Part shown: positions 19,103 to 28,650 of the stretch, in pieces
Position numbering within the stretch: position 1 is the first letter of the stretch
Layout of the letters: the number at the start of each line of letters is the position of its first letter
Assembly: GCA_017454675.1 (NCBI GenBank)
Contig: JAFTCN010000037.1
Location: 27,573 to 91,572 of the forward strand
Direction of reading: 5' to 3'
Origin: Clostridia bacterium
Lineage (GTDB): Bacteria; Bacillota; Clostridia; Oscillospirales; CAG-272
DNA: 64,000 nucleotides
Position numbers and translations under genes: made by a program
The notes under the pieces: generated by a model
The model's database searches: none
Told to the model about the DNA's origin: nothing
What the model saw: the letters and a program-made list of their open reading frames with translations, nothing else

Positions 19103-19885
19103 TCAGATCTCGATATAAGAGACGACGGGCCTGTGGTCGGATATGAAGATGCCGTCGACCGGTTCGTCAGGAACGACGAACGACTTCGAGGCGTCGCACG
19201 CCATGTCGGTGAAGATGTAGTCGATCTTTGCCATCGAGTCTCCGGTCAGTCTGCCGAAGGCGTGGAAGGTGCCGCCGAGCGACGCCGTGGCGTCGATGAC
19301 GGGGCGTCCGCAGGGTTCGGAAGATGTGAAGGCGGCGATCTCGGGGGCGTCGGGATGCGCGTTCATGTCGCCGGTGATGACGAAGTGCAGTCCGCGCTCC
19401 GAGAGATACTGCATGATCTGCTCGGCTCCGAGCAGCCTCGCGAGCCTGCCCTTGTGGTCGAGATGGGTGTTGAGGAAGATGAAACGGTCGCCCTGACGGG
19501 GCTTGAGCTCGGCAGCGGTGAAAATACGGGGGCAGCCGCTCTGGTCTTCCGGGAAGCGCGAGCCGGGTACGCGCGGAGCCGGCGAGAGCCATTTGTTCTC
19601 AAGTGAGATGAGCTCGAATTCACGCCTCGGATAAGCGAGGACGGTGGATTCCCCCCTGTAGTCGGACAGGCGGCCGCAGCCCTGCACGGCGTATCCGAGC
19701 TTCGGGAGCTCGTCGTTCAGCCAGGAGCGCATGCTGTCGGTGGCCTCCTGGAAGCCTATCAGAGAGGGCGCGTAACCGCTTATCGTCTCGAGGACGCGTC
19801 CTTTGCGGTTATTGAAGTGGTTGATCCCGTCGACATCTGCCTCCGTGCGGAGGTTGAAGGTCATAACGCTCAGTTCCTTTGACAT
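19103..19885 (-). CDS. Cytoplasmic endonuclease/exonuclease/phosphatase (EEP) family protein
   Basis: 260 aa. MTFNLR start, GDMNA, and SDHRPV near the C-terminus. Confidence 0.8.
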   Translation of the reverse strand: MSKELSVMTFNLRTEADVDGINHFNNRKGRVLETISGYAPSLIGFQEATDSMRSWLNDELPKLGYAVQGCGRLSDYRGESTVLAYPRREFELISLENKWLSPAPRVPGSRFPEDQSGCPRIFTAAELKPRQGDRFIFLNTHLDHKGRLARLLGAEQIMQYLSERGLHFVITGDMNAHPDAPEIAAFTSSEPCGRPVIDATASLGGTFHAFGRLTGDSMAKIDYIFTDMACDASKSFVVPDEPVDGIFISDHRPVVSYIEI

Positions 19886-19947
19886 TTTTCGGACCTGCCT
19901 TACTATAGATTATCCGCGTGTCGCGCGGAATTGTTTTTCCGTTCCGT

Positions 19948-21027
19948 TCAGTTATCCGCCACGGAGGCGGCAGCGGGCTTTTTACGCTTTCCGGGAAGTA
20001 TGAGGAAGGCGGCCGCGGCTGCCGGAATGACGAGTGCCGCGCGGACATAGGTCATGACGCCGGCGCCTGACGGAGCTCCGGCTAACGCGAAGATCACCCT
20101 CCCGGCCAGTATTCCCAGCATCACTGTGCCGAACGCGAAGCTCTCATGCTTTGCGTAGATCGAGGCGAGGCCTCCTGCGACCGGCGGGAAGGCGAAGGAG
20201 ATGAAGAAGACAGACGCCGCGAGCATGATACCGAATCTTCCCGAGAGGGCGAGGGCCCCGGCTCCGAGCAGGACAGCGGCGGACGAGATCTCCCTCCTGC
20301 CGAATGTGTCGGCGACGGCCCCTCCGATGAGGCAGCCCGCCGCGGCAGCAGCAGCGTAAATCAGCGAGGGATACCCCTCGGTCTCTCCGAGCCTTGCGCC
20401 CCTAGCCGAGAAGAGCGCGAACGACGCAAGCATCGCCGCGGCGAATACCACGGGCACAGCGGGGACCGGCGACGAAATGACCGGCTTTTTTTCACTGCCG
20501 GCACTCTCCGGTGTCTGCGGTGCGTGAGAGCGCTCCTTCGCACAGAAGGCGAAGATGCATACCGACGAGAAAACAAGGATCATGAAGGGGTAGAGGACCG
20601 GGACGACGGTGCTCTCCGCGGCCCTTATGCCGGCCGCGACGCCCGGAACGAGCGGGGAGGCGAACATGCCGAACCTCGTCGAGTCGCCCGACGACGCCGC
20701 GTCGGCGGCGCCTCCCGCGGCGAATGCCGCGCATCCGGCGGCAGTGAGTATCTCGGCAGCGACCGGCTGCTGTTCGACGAACAAAAGGCCGAAAGCCGCG
20801 AGCAGGAGGCCGGCGGATGAGGGGAGGCGCCCCGACAGCGAAAAGCGGTCGGTGAGAAGGCCGAACGCGAAGCACATCCCGAGTGTGATCACATAGAAGA
20901 AGACTGTGAATCTCGCCTCGCCGCCTTCGGCCACATTTCCTCCCGCGATCGCGGAGGAAGCGGCGTATCCGCATGAGAACGACGCCGCGAGACTGCCGAG
21001 CATATAATAAAGGATGTCTGAACTCAT
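19948..21027 (-). CDS. MFS-like transporter (short, about 10-12 TM)
   Basis: Two hydrophobic halves, each followed by an MFS loop-like motif (LLTDRFS, ADTFGRRE). ATGA overlap with the dus stop. Confidence 0.5.
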   Translation of the reverse strand: MSSDILYYMLGSLAASFSCGYAASSAIAGGNVAEGGEARFTVFFYVITLGMCFAFGLLTDRFSLSGRLPSSAGLLLAAFGLLFVEQQPVAAEILTAAGCAAFAAGGAADAASSGDSTRFGMFASPLVPGVAAGIRAAESTVVPVLYPFMILVFSSVCIFAFCAKERSHAPQTPESAGSEKKPVISSPVPAVPVVFAAAMLASFALFSARGARLGETEGYPSLIYAAAAAAGCLIGGAVADTFGRREISSAAVLLGAGALALSGRFGIMLAASVFFISFAFPPVAGGLASIYAKHESFAFGTVMLGILAGRVIFALAGAPSGAGVMTYVRAALVIPAAAAAFLILPGKRKKPAAASVADN

Positions 21028-22112
21028 TTTTCTGTCTCCGATAGACCGTATGTGGTGATCCGGCGGACCGCCGTATCACCGCCGGCAAACTTCCCGAAAA
21101 AGCCGCGCAGGACGTCCGCGGCAGCATCTTCTGAAGTGGCGGACATTATGTCGCGCCGGGCGGCCGCACTGCCGGGCAGCCCTTTCAGATAGTGCGAGAG
21201 TGAGAATTTGACTTCGGCGACTCCGCGTCGCTCTCCCTTGAGTTTCACCGAAAGGCGAAGCTGCAGCAGCGCGGTGTCGAGTATCTCGCGGGGCGCCGGA
21301 GACGGGGGAAGAGGTCTTCCTTCCGTCATCGCGCGGACCGACGAGAAGATCCACGGGTCGCCTATGGCGGCCCTGGCTATCGCGATTCCGTCGCATCCGG
21401 TCTGCCGCAGCATATATTCCGCCGCCTCCGGCGAATCGATGTCCCCGTTGCCGATGACCGGTATCTTCACAGCCGCTTTCGTCTCGCCTATGACCGATAT
21501 GTCGGCCCCCGGACGGTAGAACTGCTCCCTCGTCCGGGCGTGGACGCATACCGCGGCGGCGCCTGCGGCCTCTGCCGCGACGGCGCATTCGGGGGCGTTT
21601 ACGTGTTCTCCGTCCCACCCCGAGCGCATCTTGACCGTGACGGGAAGAGAAGACCTCCCGCATACCGCGCTGACTATGGAATAGATCTTCTCCGGATCCT
21701 TCATCAGCGCACTGCCCTCGCCGTTCGAAACGACCTTTTTTACAGGGCAGCCCATATTGATGTCAACTGCCGCGGGAGCCGCTCCCGAAAATCCCCGGTA
21801 GGACGAATTCGATATGAGCTCCGCAGCGTCTGCCATGAAAACCGGCTCCGAGCCGAATATCTGGACCGCGACCGGTATCTTCTCGTCAGGGTCGATATAG
21901 GCAAGAGTTGCGGTCTTCGCGGGGGCGCCGGCGTGCGAGCGCTGTTCGTAAACCAGCGCCTTGGCCGAGATCATCTCGGTGACGGCGTATCCTGCTCCGC
22001 AGGCCCCGCAGACGGTCCGCATCGGGCTGTCGGTAACCCCCGCCATCGGCGCGAGCGTCAGGCGGATGCCGGCGGGAAGCGGGACTGAACGGGGGATGGC
22101 TTTGTCTGACAT
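21024..22112 (-). CDS. dus: tRNA-dihydrouridine synthase
   Basis: LAPMAGVTDSPMR, NMGCPVKKV and the catalytic-region layout typical of DusB. Confidence 0.88.
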   Translation of the reverse strand: MSDKAIPRSVPLPAGIRLTLAPMAGVTDSPMRTVCGACGAGYAVTEMISAKALVYEQRSHAGAPAKTATLAYIDPDEKIPVAVQIFGSEPVFMADAAELISNSSYRGFSGAAPAAVDINMGCPVKKVVSNGEGSALMKDPEKIYSIVSAVCGRSSLPVTVKMRSGWDGEHVNAPECAVAAEAAGAAAVCVHARTREQFYRPGADISVIGETKAAVKIPVIGNGDIDSPEAAEYMLRQTGCDGIAIARAAIGDPWIFSSVRAMTEGRPLPPSPAPREILDTALLQLRLSVKLKGERRGVAEVKFSLSHYLKGLPGSAAARRDIMSATSEDAAADVLRGFFGKFAGGDTAVRRITTYGLSETEK

Positions 22113-22122
22113 CGGAGCGGGA

Positions 22123-22788
22123 TCAGCTGTTGAACTCTCTCGTCTTTTCGCAGGCGATCCGGTTGAATGCGACGGCCGCGTGTCTGTCGAGACCGTAGTC
22201 GGAGAAATAACCCTGCTCCCCGAGAGCCATCGATTTCTTTCGGCCGGTTATCGCGTAGAAGATGCAGAGAGAGCAAAGGTAGGTGCCGGCGCGCGTCGGG
22301 TGGTTGCCGTCCTCCTTGTATATCTCCGGAGCCGGACGCAGGCGCAGCGCCTTCTGCCAGGCCTCTCCCGCGGGTGCGACGAGCCCTCCGGTGTATTCGG
22401 CGAGCTTTGTGTACGCGGCGGTCATCGACGGCTGCTTTTCGGCCTCGCCTCGAAGGCTCCACGCCACGTACATGACCGGCTTAGCGCCGGTGCCGCTTAT
22501 GAACTTGTCGAAGATGATCTTTCCGTTCTCATAGAACGAGTCTGGGTCAAATCCCGTCGCCTTGCCCTGAAGGACGATATAGTCGTAGTGACCGTATCTG
22601 ATATTGTATGCGGTCTCGGCCTGACGTGCGTGATAATCCATGCACTTCCCGCCGACGGCCAGCATGAAGCAGTCGGCTTCGATGCCGACCCCCTCGAAGA
22701 GCCGGCGGACGACTTCCGGGAGGTCATTCACGTAGGTCAGACTGTTCCCGATGAACAGTATCCTTATCTTTCTTTTACACGCGTCCAT
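22123..22788 (-). CDS. SGNH/GDSL-type hydrolase
   Basis: Block I ILFIGNSLT and block V DGNHPT. Confidence 0.7.
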   Translation of the reverse strand: MDACKRKIRILFIGNSLTYVNDLPEVVRRLFEGVGIEADCFMLAVGGKCMDYHARQAETAYNIRYGHYDYIVLQGKATGFDPDSFYENGKIIFDKFISGTGAKPVMYVAWSLRGEAEKQPSMTAAYTKLAEYTGGLVAPAGEAWQKALRLRPAPEIYKEDGNHPTRAGTYLCSLCIFYAITGRKKSMALGEQGYFSDYGLDRHAAVAFNRIACEKTREFNS

Positions 22789-22843
22789 GTCTGTTCACTT
22801 TCCGTGTCCCGCGCCGCAGGGGCGCTGGAATATCTATGTGAAT

Positions 22844-22872
22844 ATAATATCATATTTTATAGGAAACGTCAA
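22844..22872 (-). promoter_or_regulatory. Sigma-A promoter for the SGNH-dus-MFS genes (TTGACG-N17-TATTAT)
   Basis: The reverse complement reads TTGACGtttcctataaaatatgaTATTAT. Confidence 0.6.
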
Positions 22873-22914
22873 GATTTATAACGGTGTGATACCGAAATAA
22901 TTGTTAGAATAATC

Positions 22915-22943
22915 TTGCACAAACCGCCCCTGCGTGATATAAT
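22915..22943 (+). promoter_or_regulatory. Sigma-A promoter (TTGCAC-N17-TATAAT, TG extended -10)
   Basis: TTGCAC at 22915-22920 and TATAAT at 22938-22943. The leader has hairpin tccgcgcggg/cccgcgcgga at about 22959-22981. Confidence 0.65.
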
Positions 22944-23016
22944 TAAAGTGAATATCTGTGTCCGCGCGGGTGACCCGCGCGGAGCCCGGACCCGACCTGT
23001 CAAGGAGGACAGACAA

Positions 23017-24330
23017 GTGCGACGCAGCATCGTTCCGAAACTCATAAAACTCATGGCAGCCCTGCTGTCTCTCTTTCTGGTCTTCGCCGGTTGCGGCACC
23101 GCCGGGGAGGGAGAACAGACATCCGGGCCCGCAGGAGACGCGACCTCCGAGCCCGGTGTCGCGACGTCACAGCGGCTCCCCGACGGGGTCCTTCTGTCGA
23201 TAGCCGGGACCGAATACAGGATCATACGGCCTTCGAACTGCGCCGATGAGGTAACGAATGCCGCCGTTGAGCTCCGGCTGGCGCTGAGCGCAGCCCTGGG
23301 TGTGTCATTCGGCATCGCCGATGACTGGGTGAAGGGACAGAGCGGCACGATAGTCAACAGCGAAAAGGAGATACTCATCGGAGCGACGAACCGCGCCGAG
23401 TCGGCCGAACTCGCGTCAAAGATCGACGGCTACGGCTACGCCGTCGCGGTGATGGGGGGCAAGCTCGTCATAACCGCCACCGACAACTCATTCCTCCGCG
23501 ACGCCGTCGATACCGTCATCGACGCCCTCGGCAGAGAGGGCAGGGTGAAGGAGGGGAACTTCCTCGTTTTCGGGGAGGATACCCGGATCGCGACATTCGA
23601 CCATCAGCTGCAGTACGCCGATATCGTCGCCGGCGGATTGGAATACGACGTCAAACTCACAAGGGTGATCACCTGTTCTCCCTCGGGGGAGCACAAGGTC
23701 GCCCAGGGCGTTGCCACCGACGGCGAATACGCCTATTTCCTAATGCGCACATCCTCCGACGATTCGGCTGTCATACGGAAATACCGCCTGTCGGACGGTG
23801 AGCATGTGAAGACGGGCGCTCCCTTCTACGCAGGACACGGAAACGACCTGACGTACGATTCCGCCGGCCGGCGTCTCGTAGCGGTGCACGGGCACAGCGA
23901 GGGGAAGATACTGACTCTGCTGGATCCCGAAACGCTCGAAGTCACGGTAAAGGAGCAGCCGATCCCGGCAGGCTCCGGAGCCGCGACATACAGTCCGCGG
24001 AGGAACATATACGCGATCAGCCAGGGCGGCTCGTCGCTGCATTTTCTGAACGCGGACTTCACTCTCATCAGTTCGCACACGAGAAAGTCGGCATCGGGCT
24101 ATACCGCCCAGGGGATGGGATCCGACGAGAACTATATCTATTTCCCGATGAGCGGTTCGTCCGACAATATACTCGAGGTCTACGACTGGAATGCCGACTA
24201 TGTCGGCAGGATCGTGCTGCCGACCGGACATGAGTCGGAATCGATGTGCTGGTACGACGGCGTCTATTATGTGAATTTCTTCACCTCGAACGGCGCCGAG
24301 CTCTACCGGCTGGAGTTCGTGAGAAAGTGA
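23017..24330 (+). CDS. Lipoprotein: shared N-terminal module plus a repeat-rich (propeller-like) C-terminal domain
   Basis: GTG at 23017, 7 nt after AAGGAGG, in frame with ORF 22915... Lipobox VFAGC. Module EYRIIRP...EILIGATNRAES. Confidence 0.6.
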   Translation: MRRSIVPKLIKLMAALLSLFLVFAGCGTAGEGEQTSGPAGDATSEPGVATSQRLPDGVLLSIAGTEYRIIRPSNCADEVTNAAVELRLALSAALGVSFGIADDWVKGQSGTIVNSEKEILIGATNRAESAELASKIDGYGYAVAVMGGKLVITATDNSFLRDAVDTVIDALGREGRVKEGNFLVFGEDTRIATFDHQLQYADIVAGGLEYDVKLTRVITCSPSGEHKVAQGVATDGEYAYFLMRTSSDDSAVIRKYRLSDGEHVKTGAPFYAGHGNDLTYDSAGRRLVAVHGHSEGKILTLLDPETLEVTVKEQPIPAGSGAATYSPRRNIYAISQGGSSLHFLNADFTLISSHTRKSASGYTAQGMGSDENYIYFPMSGSSDNILEVYDWNADYVGRIVLPTGHESESMCWYDGVYYVNFFTSNGAELYRLEFVRK

Positions 24331-24351
24331 CGCGAAATTCCGGAGGATACC

Positions 24352-25272
24352 ATGTTCGGTTATGTCAGACCCGCGACTTCTGAACTGAAGGTCAGGGAAT
24401 ACGATTTTTACCGGTCTGTCTACTGCGGGCTCTGCAGGCGCATGGGAAAGGTCTGCGGGGCGATGTCGAGGCTCTGCCTGTCATATGATCTCACATTCCT
24501 CGCGATGCTGCTCATAAAGCTGCGCGGCGAAGAGATAAAGACCGGCAGGCGTACCTGCCCTGTGAACTGCGCGAAGCCTGTCCGGGCGGTGGAGGATTCG
24601 GAATCGCTCGATTACGCCGCCGCCGCGTGCGGTGTGCTCTCGGATTTCGGATTTGCCGACGACGCCGCCGACGAAAAGGGCGGAAAGCGGTTCTCGGCCA
24701 GGTGCGCGAGAGCAGTCTCGTCCGGATGGTCAAAGAAGGCTGAGCGGAGGTACCCCGGGCTCGTCGGAGGTACGGCCGAGAGGCTGAAGGCGCTCTCGGA
24801 GGCTGAGGCTTCGCTCGCTGCCGGGGATCCGGACGCCTCGGTCGATTCGGCCGCCAGCGCGTTCGGAGAGGTGCTCTCGTTCATATTCGCCTATCCGTTC
24901 GGCGGAGAGGACGGGGATGTTCGCGAAAAGAGGGCCGTCGCGGCCGCCGTCGGGCAGAGGACCGGGAGATGGATATATCTCGTCGATGCCGTGGACGACC
25001 TGGCGGAGGACGGGAAAAAAGGAAGATTCAATCCGTTCGCCGCGTCGTACGGCAAGTATGAGCTCGACGGCGACGAAAAGATCACCGTAAGATGTCTGCT
25101 GGGAGCCGAAGCGGGCGCCGCGGCAGACGCTCTTATGCTGGCCGACGACCCCGGAGAGGCGCATCCCGAACCGGCGGCGGTGCTGAACAACATACTGTCC
25201 GACGGGATGAGGCAGGTCGCCCAGAGGGTGCTCGACGGAAACTACCGGAAACCCGGCAGGGACAAGCTCTGA
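24352..25272 (+). CDS. DUF5685-like protein (family name recalled from the N-terminal motif)
   Basis: MFGYVRPATSELKVREYDFYRSVYCGLCRRMGKVCG is Cys-rich at the N-terminus. 306 aa. Confidence 0.6.
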   Translation: MFGYVRPATSELKVREYDFYRSVYCGLCRRMGKVCGAMSRLCLSYDLTFLAMLLIKLRGEEIKTGRRTCPVNCAKPVRAVEDSESLDYAAAACGVLSDFGFADDAADEKGGKRFSARCARAVSSGWSKKAERRYPGLVGGTAERLKALSEAEASLAAGDPDASVDSAASAFGEVLSFIFAYPFGGEDGDVREKRAVAAAVGQRTGRWIYLVDAVDDLAEDGKKGRFNPFAASYGKYELDGDEKITVRCLLGAEAGAAADALMLADDPGEAHPEPAAVLNNILSDGMRQVAQRVLDGNYRKPGRDKL

Positions 25273-25389
25273 GCACCGGGCGCACCTCTGAGGCCGGGAT
25301 CATCATGAGCTCAGGGCAGGGTACAACAGCCCGGACAGAGCAAAAAACAGATCACAGCATAACTGATCAGAACACGACAGGACATACAG

Positions 25390-26091
25390 ATGGAAAAAGA
25401 TCCGTACCGCATCCTCGAGGTCGACAGGAACGCGACCGACGAGGAAGTGAAAAAGGCATACCTTGACAAGGTGAGAAAATACCATCCCGACAGGTACCGG
25501 GACAGCGAACTTGCCGAGGTCGCCAACAAGAAGATGGCGGAGATCAACGCTGCCTACGACGAGATACAGAAGATGCGCGAGTCGGGCGGCGGGTATTCGT
25601 CACCGGGCAGCCAGAGCTACGGAGGCTATTCCGACGGCTATGGCGGCTACTCAGGAGGCGGAAGCTACGGCGATGCCGGCAGCGGCTATTCGGGCGGCAC
25701 CGACAGCGAACGGGCGGAGCGTGACGAGATATACGCAAGGGTCCGCGCTTTCCTCACGAGCAACCGGCTGTACGAGGCGAGAGCGCTGCTGCTTTCGATT
25801 TCCGAGAGCGGGAAGCGCGACGCCGAGTGGTTCTTCCTTTACGGCTGCGTCCAGGTCCGCTTCGGCAACTACGTCGACGCCGGAAGGTGCTTCGACGCCG
25901 CATGCCGCATGGACCCCTACAACAGCGAGTATTCAACTGCCAGGGAGGAGCTCCGGAACAGAGGGGCGCCTGCCGGCAGGCAGGAGGAGGACACGTGCAA
26001 TTCCGGCGTGGGCGGCGACTGCTTCTCAGGTTGCATGAGACTGTGCTGCTTCCTTTCGTGGTGCAACCCCTGCAGCTGCTGCGTCTGCTGA
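25390..26091 (+). CDS. J-domain (DnaJ-like) protein with a G/S/Y linker, TPR-like region and a C-terminal cysteine-string tail
   Basis: DPYRILEV...KKAYLDKVRKYHPDRY includes the HPD motif. The tail CNSGVGGDCFSGCMRLCCFLSWCNPCSCCVC has 11 Cys in 31 aa. Confidence 0.85.
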   Translation: MEKDPYRILEVDRNATDEEVKKAYLDKVRKYHPDRYRDSELAEVANKKMAEINAAYDEIQKMRESGGGYSSPGSQSYGGYSDGYGGYSGGGSYGDAGSGYSGGTDSERAERDEIYARVRAFLTSNRLYEARALLLSISESGKRDAEWFFLYGCVQVRFGNYVDAGRCFDAACRMDPYNSEYSTAREELRNRGAPAGRQEEDTCNSGVGGDCFSGCMRLCCFLSWCNPCSCCVC

Positions 26092-26166
26092 GCGCGGCGT
26101 GTCATGTCATCAATAACGACGTTATAAACCTCAATATACAGTTTTCAGAAAAAGAGGCAACAGAAA

Positions 26167-28548
26167 TTGGAAAACAGACCTAACGGCAGAAAGACCAATG
26201 TAACCGGGACCGGCAGCGGTCTCGGCAGAAAAGGAAGCGTCGGCGGAGGACCCGCCGGCAGACCCGGCGGATATTCCGGCCGCACCGGCGGGGGGCAGGG
26301 AGGAAGCGGAGCAGGCGGGGGCGTGACCCGCGCCGGCGGACTCTTCAAATCCCCGATCCTGATCATCATTATAGCCGCCGTCGTCCTTCTGGGCGGCGGA
26401 GGAGGGCTCCTCAGCGGTCTCCTCGGCGGAAACTCGTCGTCGGGCGGGCTTTCGAACATCGGGAATCTCATACAGACCGTCGTGCCGTCGCTCTCGAGCC
26501 TCGGCAACGGCGTCTTCAGCGGCGGCAGCAGCGTGTCGACCGGCTGGGACAAGGATTCGGACAACGGAGTGCTCGACACGACAGTCGCTTCCGGCAGCAG
26601 GGCCAAGCGCACCGTCATAAAGGGCGGCGGAGCCGATACCGTGACCATAATGGTCTACATGTGCGGTACCGACCTCGAATCGAAGCACGGGATGGCGTCG
26701 GCCGACATGGAGGAGATGCGCCGCGCTACGATCTCGTCCAAGATCAACCTGATCATCTACACCGGCGGATGCACGAAGTGGAACAACGGTGTGAGCAGCG
26801 ATTACAACCAGATCTACAGGGTAGCCGACGGCAAGATCACAGCTCTCGTCGCGAAGGACGGCAAGGCGGCGATGACCGCCCCTTCGACTCTCACAAAGTT
26901 CATTAAATACTGCTCCGACAACTTCCCGGCCGACCGCAACGAACTCATCATGTGGGACCACGGCGGCGGCTCGCTCTCGGGTTTCGGATACGATGAAAAG
27001 AACAAAAACGCCGGATCGATGAGCCTCTCGGGAATCAACAAGGCGCTCTCCGATGCCGGAGTGAGATTCGATTTCATCGGATTCGATGCCTGCCTCATGG
27101 CGACGCTCGAGAACGCGCTGATGCTCAGCCAGTACGCCGACTACCTCATCGGCTCTGAAGAGACCGAGCCCGGCATCGGATGGTACTACACCGGATGGCT
27201 CTCCAAACTCTCTGACAACACGTCGATGCCGACGGTCGAGATCGGCAAGAACATAGTCGACGATTTCGTTTCGGTATGCGGACAGAAGTACCCGACGGCC
27301 AAGGCTACCCTCTCTGTCGTCGATCTCGCCGAACTCGAGAACGCCGTTCCCGACAGGCTGAAGGAATTCGCGAAGTCGACATCCGAGCTGATCTCCGGCA
27401 GCAATTTCAAGAAGGTCTCTGACGCAAGGGCCTCGACGAGGGAATTCTCGAAGAATATCGATCAGGTCGATCTGGTCGATCTGGCCGGAAAGATAGGCTC
27501 CAAAGAGGGCTCCGCGCTGTCAGACGCTCTGCTCGGAGCGATCAAATACAACCGCACGTCGTCATCGGTGACGAACGCGTACGGACTCTCGATATACTTC
27601 CCGTACCAGAAGACGGGCAAGGTCTCGCAGGCCGTCGCCGCCTATGAGGCGATCGGAATGGACAGCGAATACGCCCGCTGCATCCAGAGCTTCGCAAGCA
27701 TGGAGACGGGCGGACAGGCGGCGGGCGGATCAGCGTCCGGCATAGGAAGTCTGCTCGGAAGCCTCGCGTCGTCTTCGCAGACCACGTCGGCCGACGGGCT
27801 GTCGAGCCTCTTCGGGAGCCTGCTCTCGGGGAGCACGCCTTCGGCTCTGGGCGGACTGTTCGGCAAAACGATCGACATGGAGGCCCAGGCGGGATACATC
27901 TCACAGAACATGATCGACGCGAAGAACCTCGTCTGGACAGGCTCCGGCAGCGACAGAAAGATGCACCTGACCGAGGAGGAATGGAGCCTCGTGCACGATC
28001 TGCTGCTCAACGTCTTCTATGACGACGGCGAGGGCTATCTCGACCTCGGCCTCGACAACGTGTTCAGCTTCACCCCCGACGGCGACCTGAAGGGCGTCTA
28101 CGACGGCACATGGGTGGCTGTGGACGGCCATGTGGTCGCCTACTACTACGAGGAGAGCCTTTACAACGCCGACGGCAGCTATATCGTGAAGGGGCGCATC
28201 CCCGCGCTCGTCAACGGCGAGAGGGTGGAACTCATCGCGGTGTTCGACAGTTCGAACGACTACGGATTTATAGCCGGCGCCTATACCGATTATTCCGACG
28301 GACAGACCGAGACCGCCGCAAAGGCAAATTACGAGCTGCAGTCCGGCGACATCATCTCATTCATAGTCGATGCGTACGACTACAAAGGCAACTACTCCGA
28401 CACCATCGAACTCGAGGGCACCGTCACATACAGCGGAAGCAACAAGGTCAGCAACGTCTATCTTCCCGACAAGTCGGCCACTTCGGCAATGTACGTATTC
28501 ACGGACATATACAATCAGGAATACTGGACTCCCGAGATCGGAAACTGA
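26167..28548 (+). CDS. Membrane-anchored clostripain-like cysteine peptidase (family C11)
   Basis: TTG start 9 nt after AGAGG. Gly-rich N-tail plus one TM. Catalytic His WDHGGG and Cys FDACLMA motifs. 793 aa. Confidence 0.8.
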   Translation: MENRPNGRKTNVTGTGSGLGRKGSVGGGPAGRPGGYSGRTGGGQGGSGAGGGVTRAGGLFKSPILIIIIAAVVLLGGGGGLLSGLLGGNSSSGGLSNIGNLIQTVVPSLSSLGNGVFSGGSSVSTGWDKDSDNGVLDTTVASGSRAKRTVIKGGGADTVTIMVYMCGTDLESKHGMASADMEEMRRATISSKINLIIYTGGCTKWNNGVSSDYNQIYRVADGKITALVAKDGKAAMTAPSTLTKFIKYCSDNFPADRNELIMWDHGGGSLSGFGYDEKNKNAGSMSLSGINKALSDAGVRFDFIGFDACLMATLENALMLSQYADYLIGSEETEPGIGWYYTGWLSKLSDNTSMPTVEIGKNIVDDFVSVCGQKYPTAKATLSVVDLAELENAVPDRLKEFAKSTSELISGSNFKKVSDARASTREFSKNIDQVDLVDLAGKIGSKEGSALSDALLGAIKYNRTSSSVTNAYGLSIYFPYQKTGKVSQAVAAYEAIGMDSEYARCIQSFASMETGGQAAGGSASGIGSLLGSLASSSQTTSADGLSSLFGSLLSGSTPSALGGLFGKTIDMEAQAGYISQNMIDAKNLVWTGSGSDRKMHLTEEEWSLVHDLLLNVFYDDGEGYLDLGLDNVFSFTPDGDLKGVYDGTWVAVDGHVVAYYYEESLYNADGSYIVKGRIPALVNGERVELIAVFDSSNDYGFIAGAYTDYSDGQTETAAKANYELQSGDIISFIVDAYDYKGNYSDTIELEGTVTYSGSNKVSNVYLPDKSATSAMYVFTDIYNQEYWTPEIGN

Positions 28549-28568
28549 CCGCGGAGTGAGATCCTGCA

Positions 28569-28614
28569 GAACGAAACACCCGCGCGGGCTTCGGCCCGCG
28601 CGGGTGTTTCGTTC
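28569..28614. terminator. Strong bidirectional hairpin terminator between convergent operons
   Basis: gaacgaaacacccgcgcgggc ttcg gcccgcgcgggtgtttcgttc gives a 21-bp perfect stem. Confidence 0.8.
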
Positions 28615-28650
28615 TGTGAAGTTATGCCTTACGGTCAGTCAGTCAGTAAG

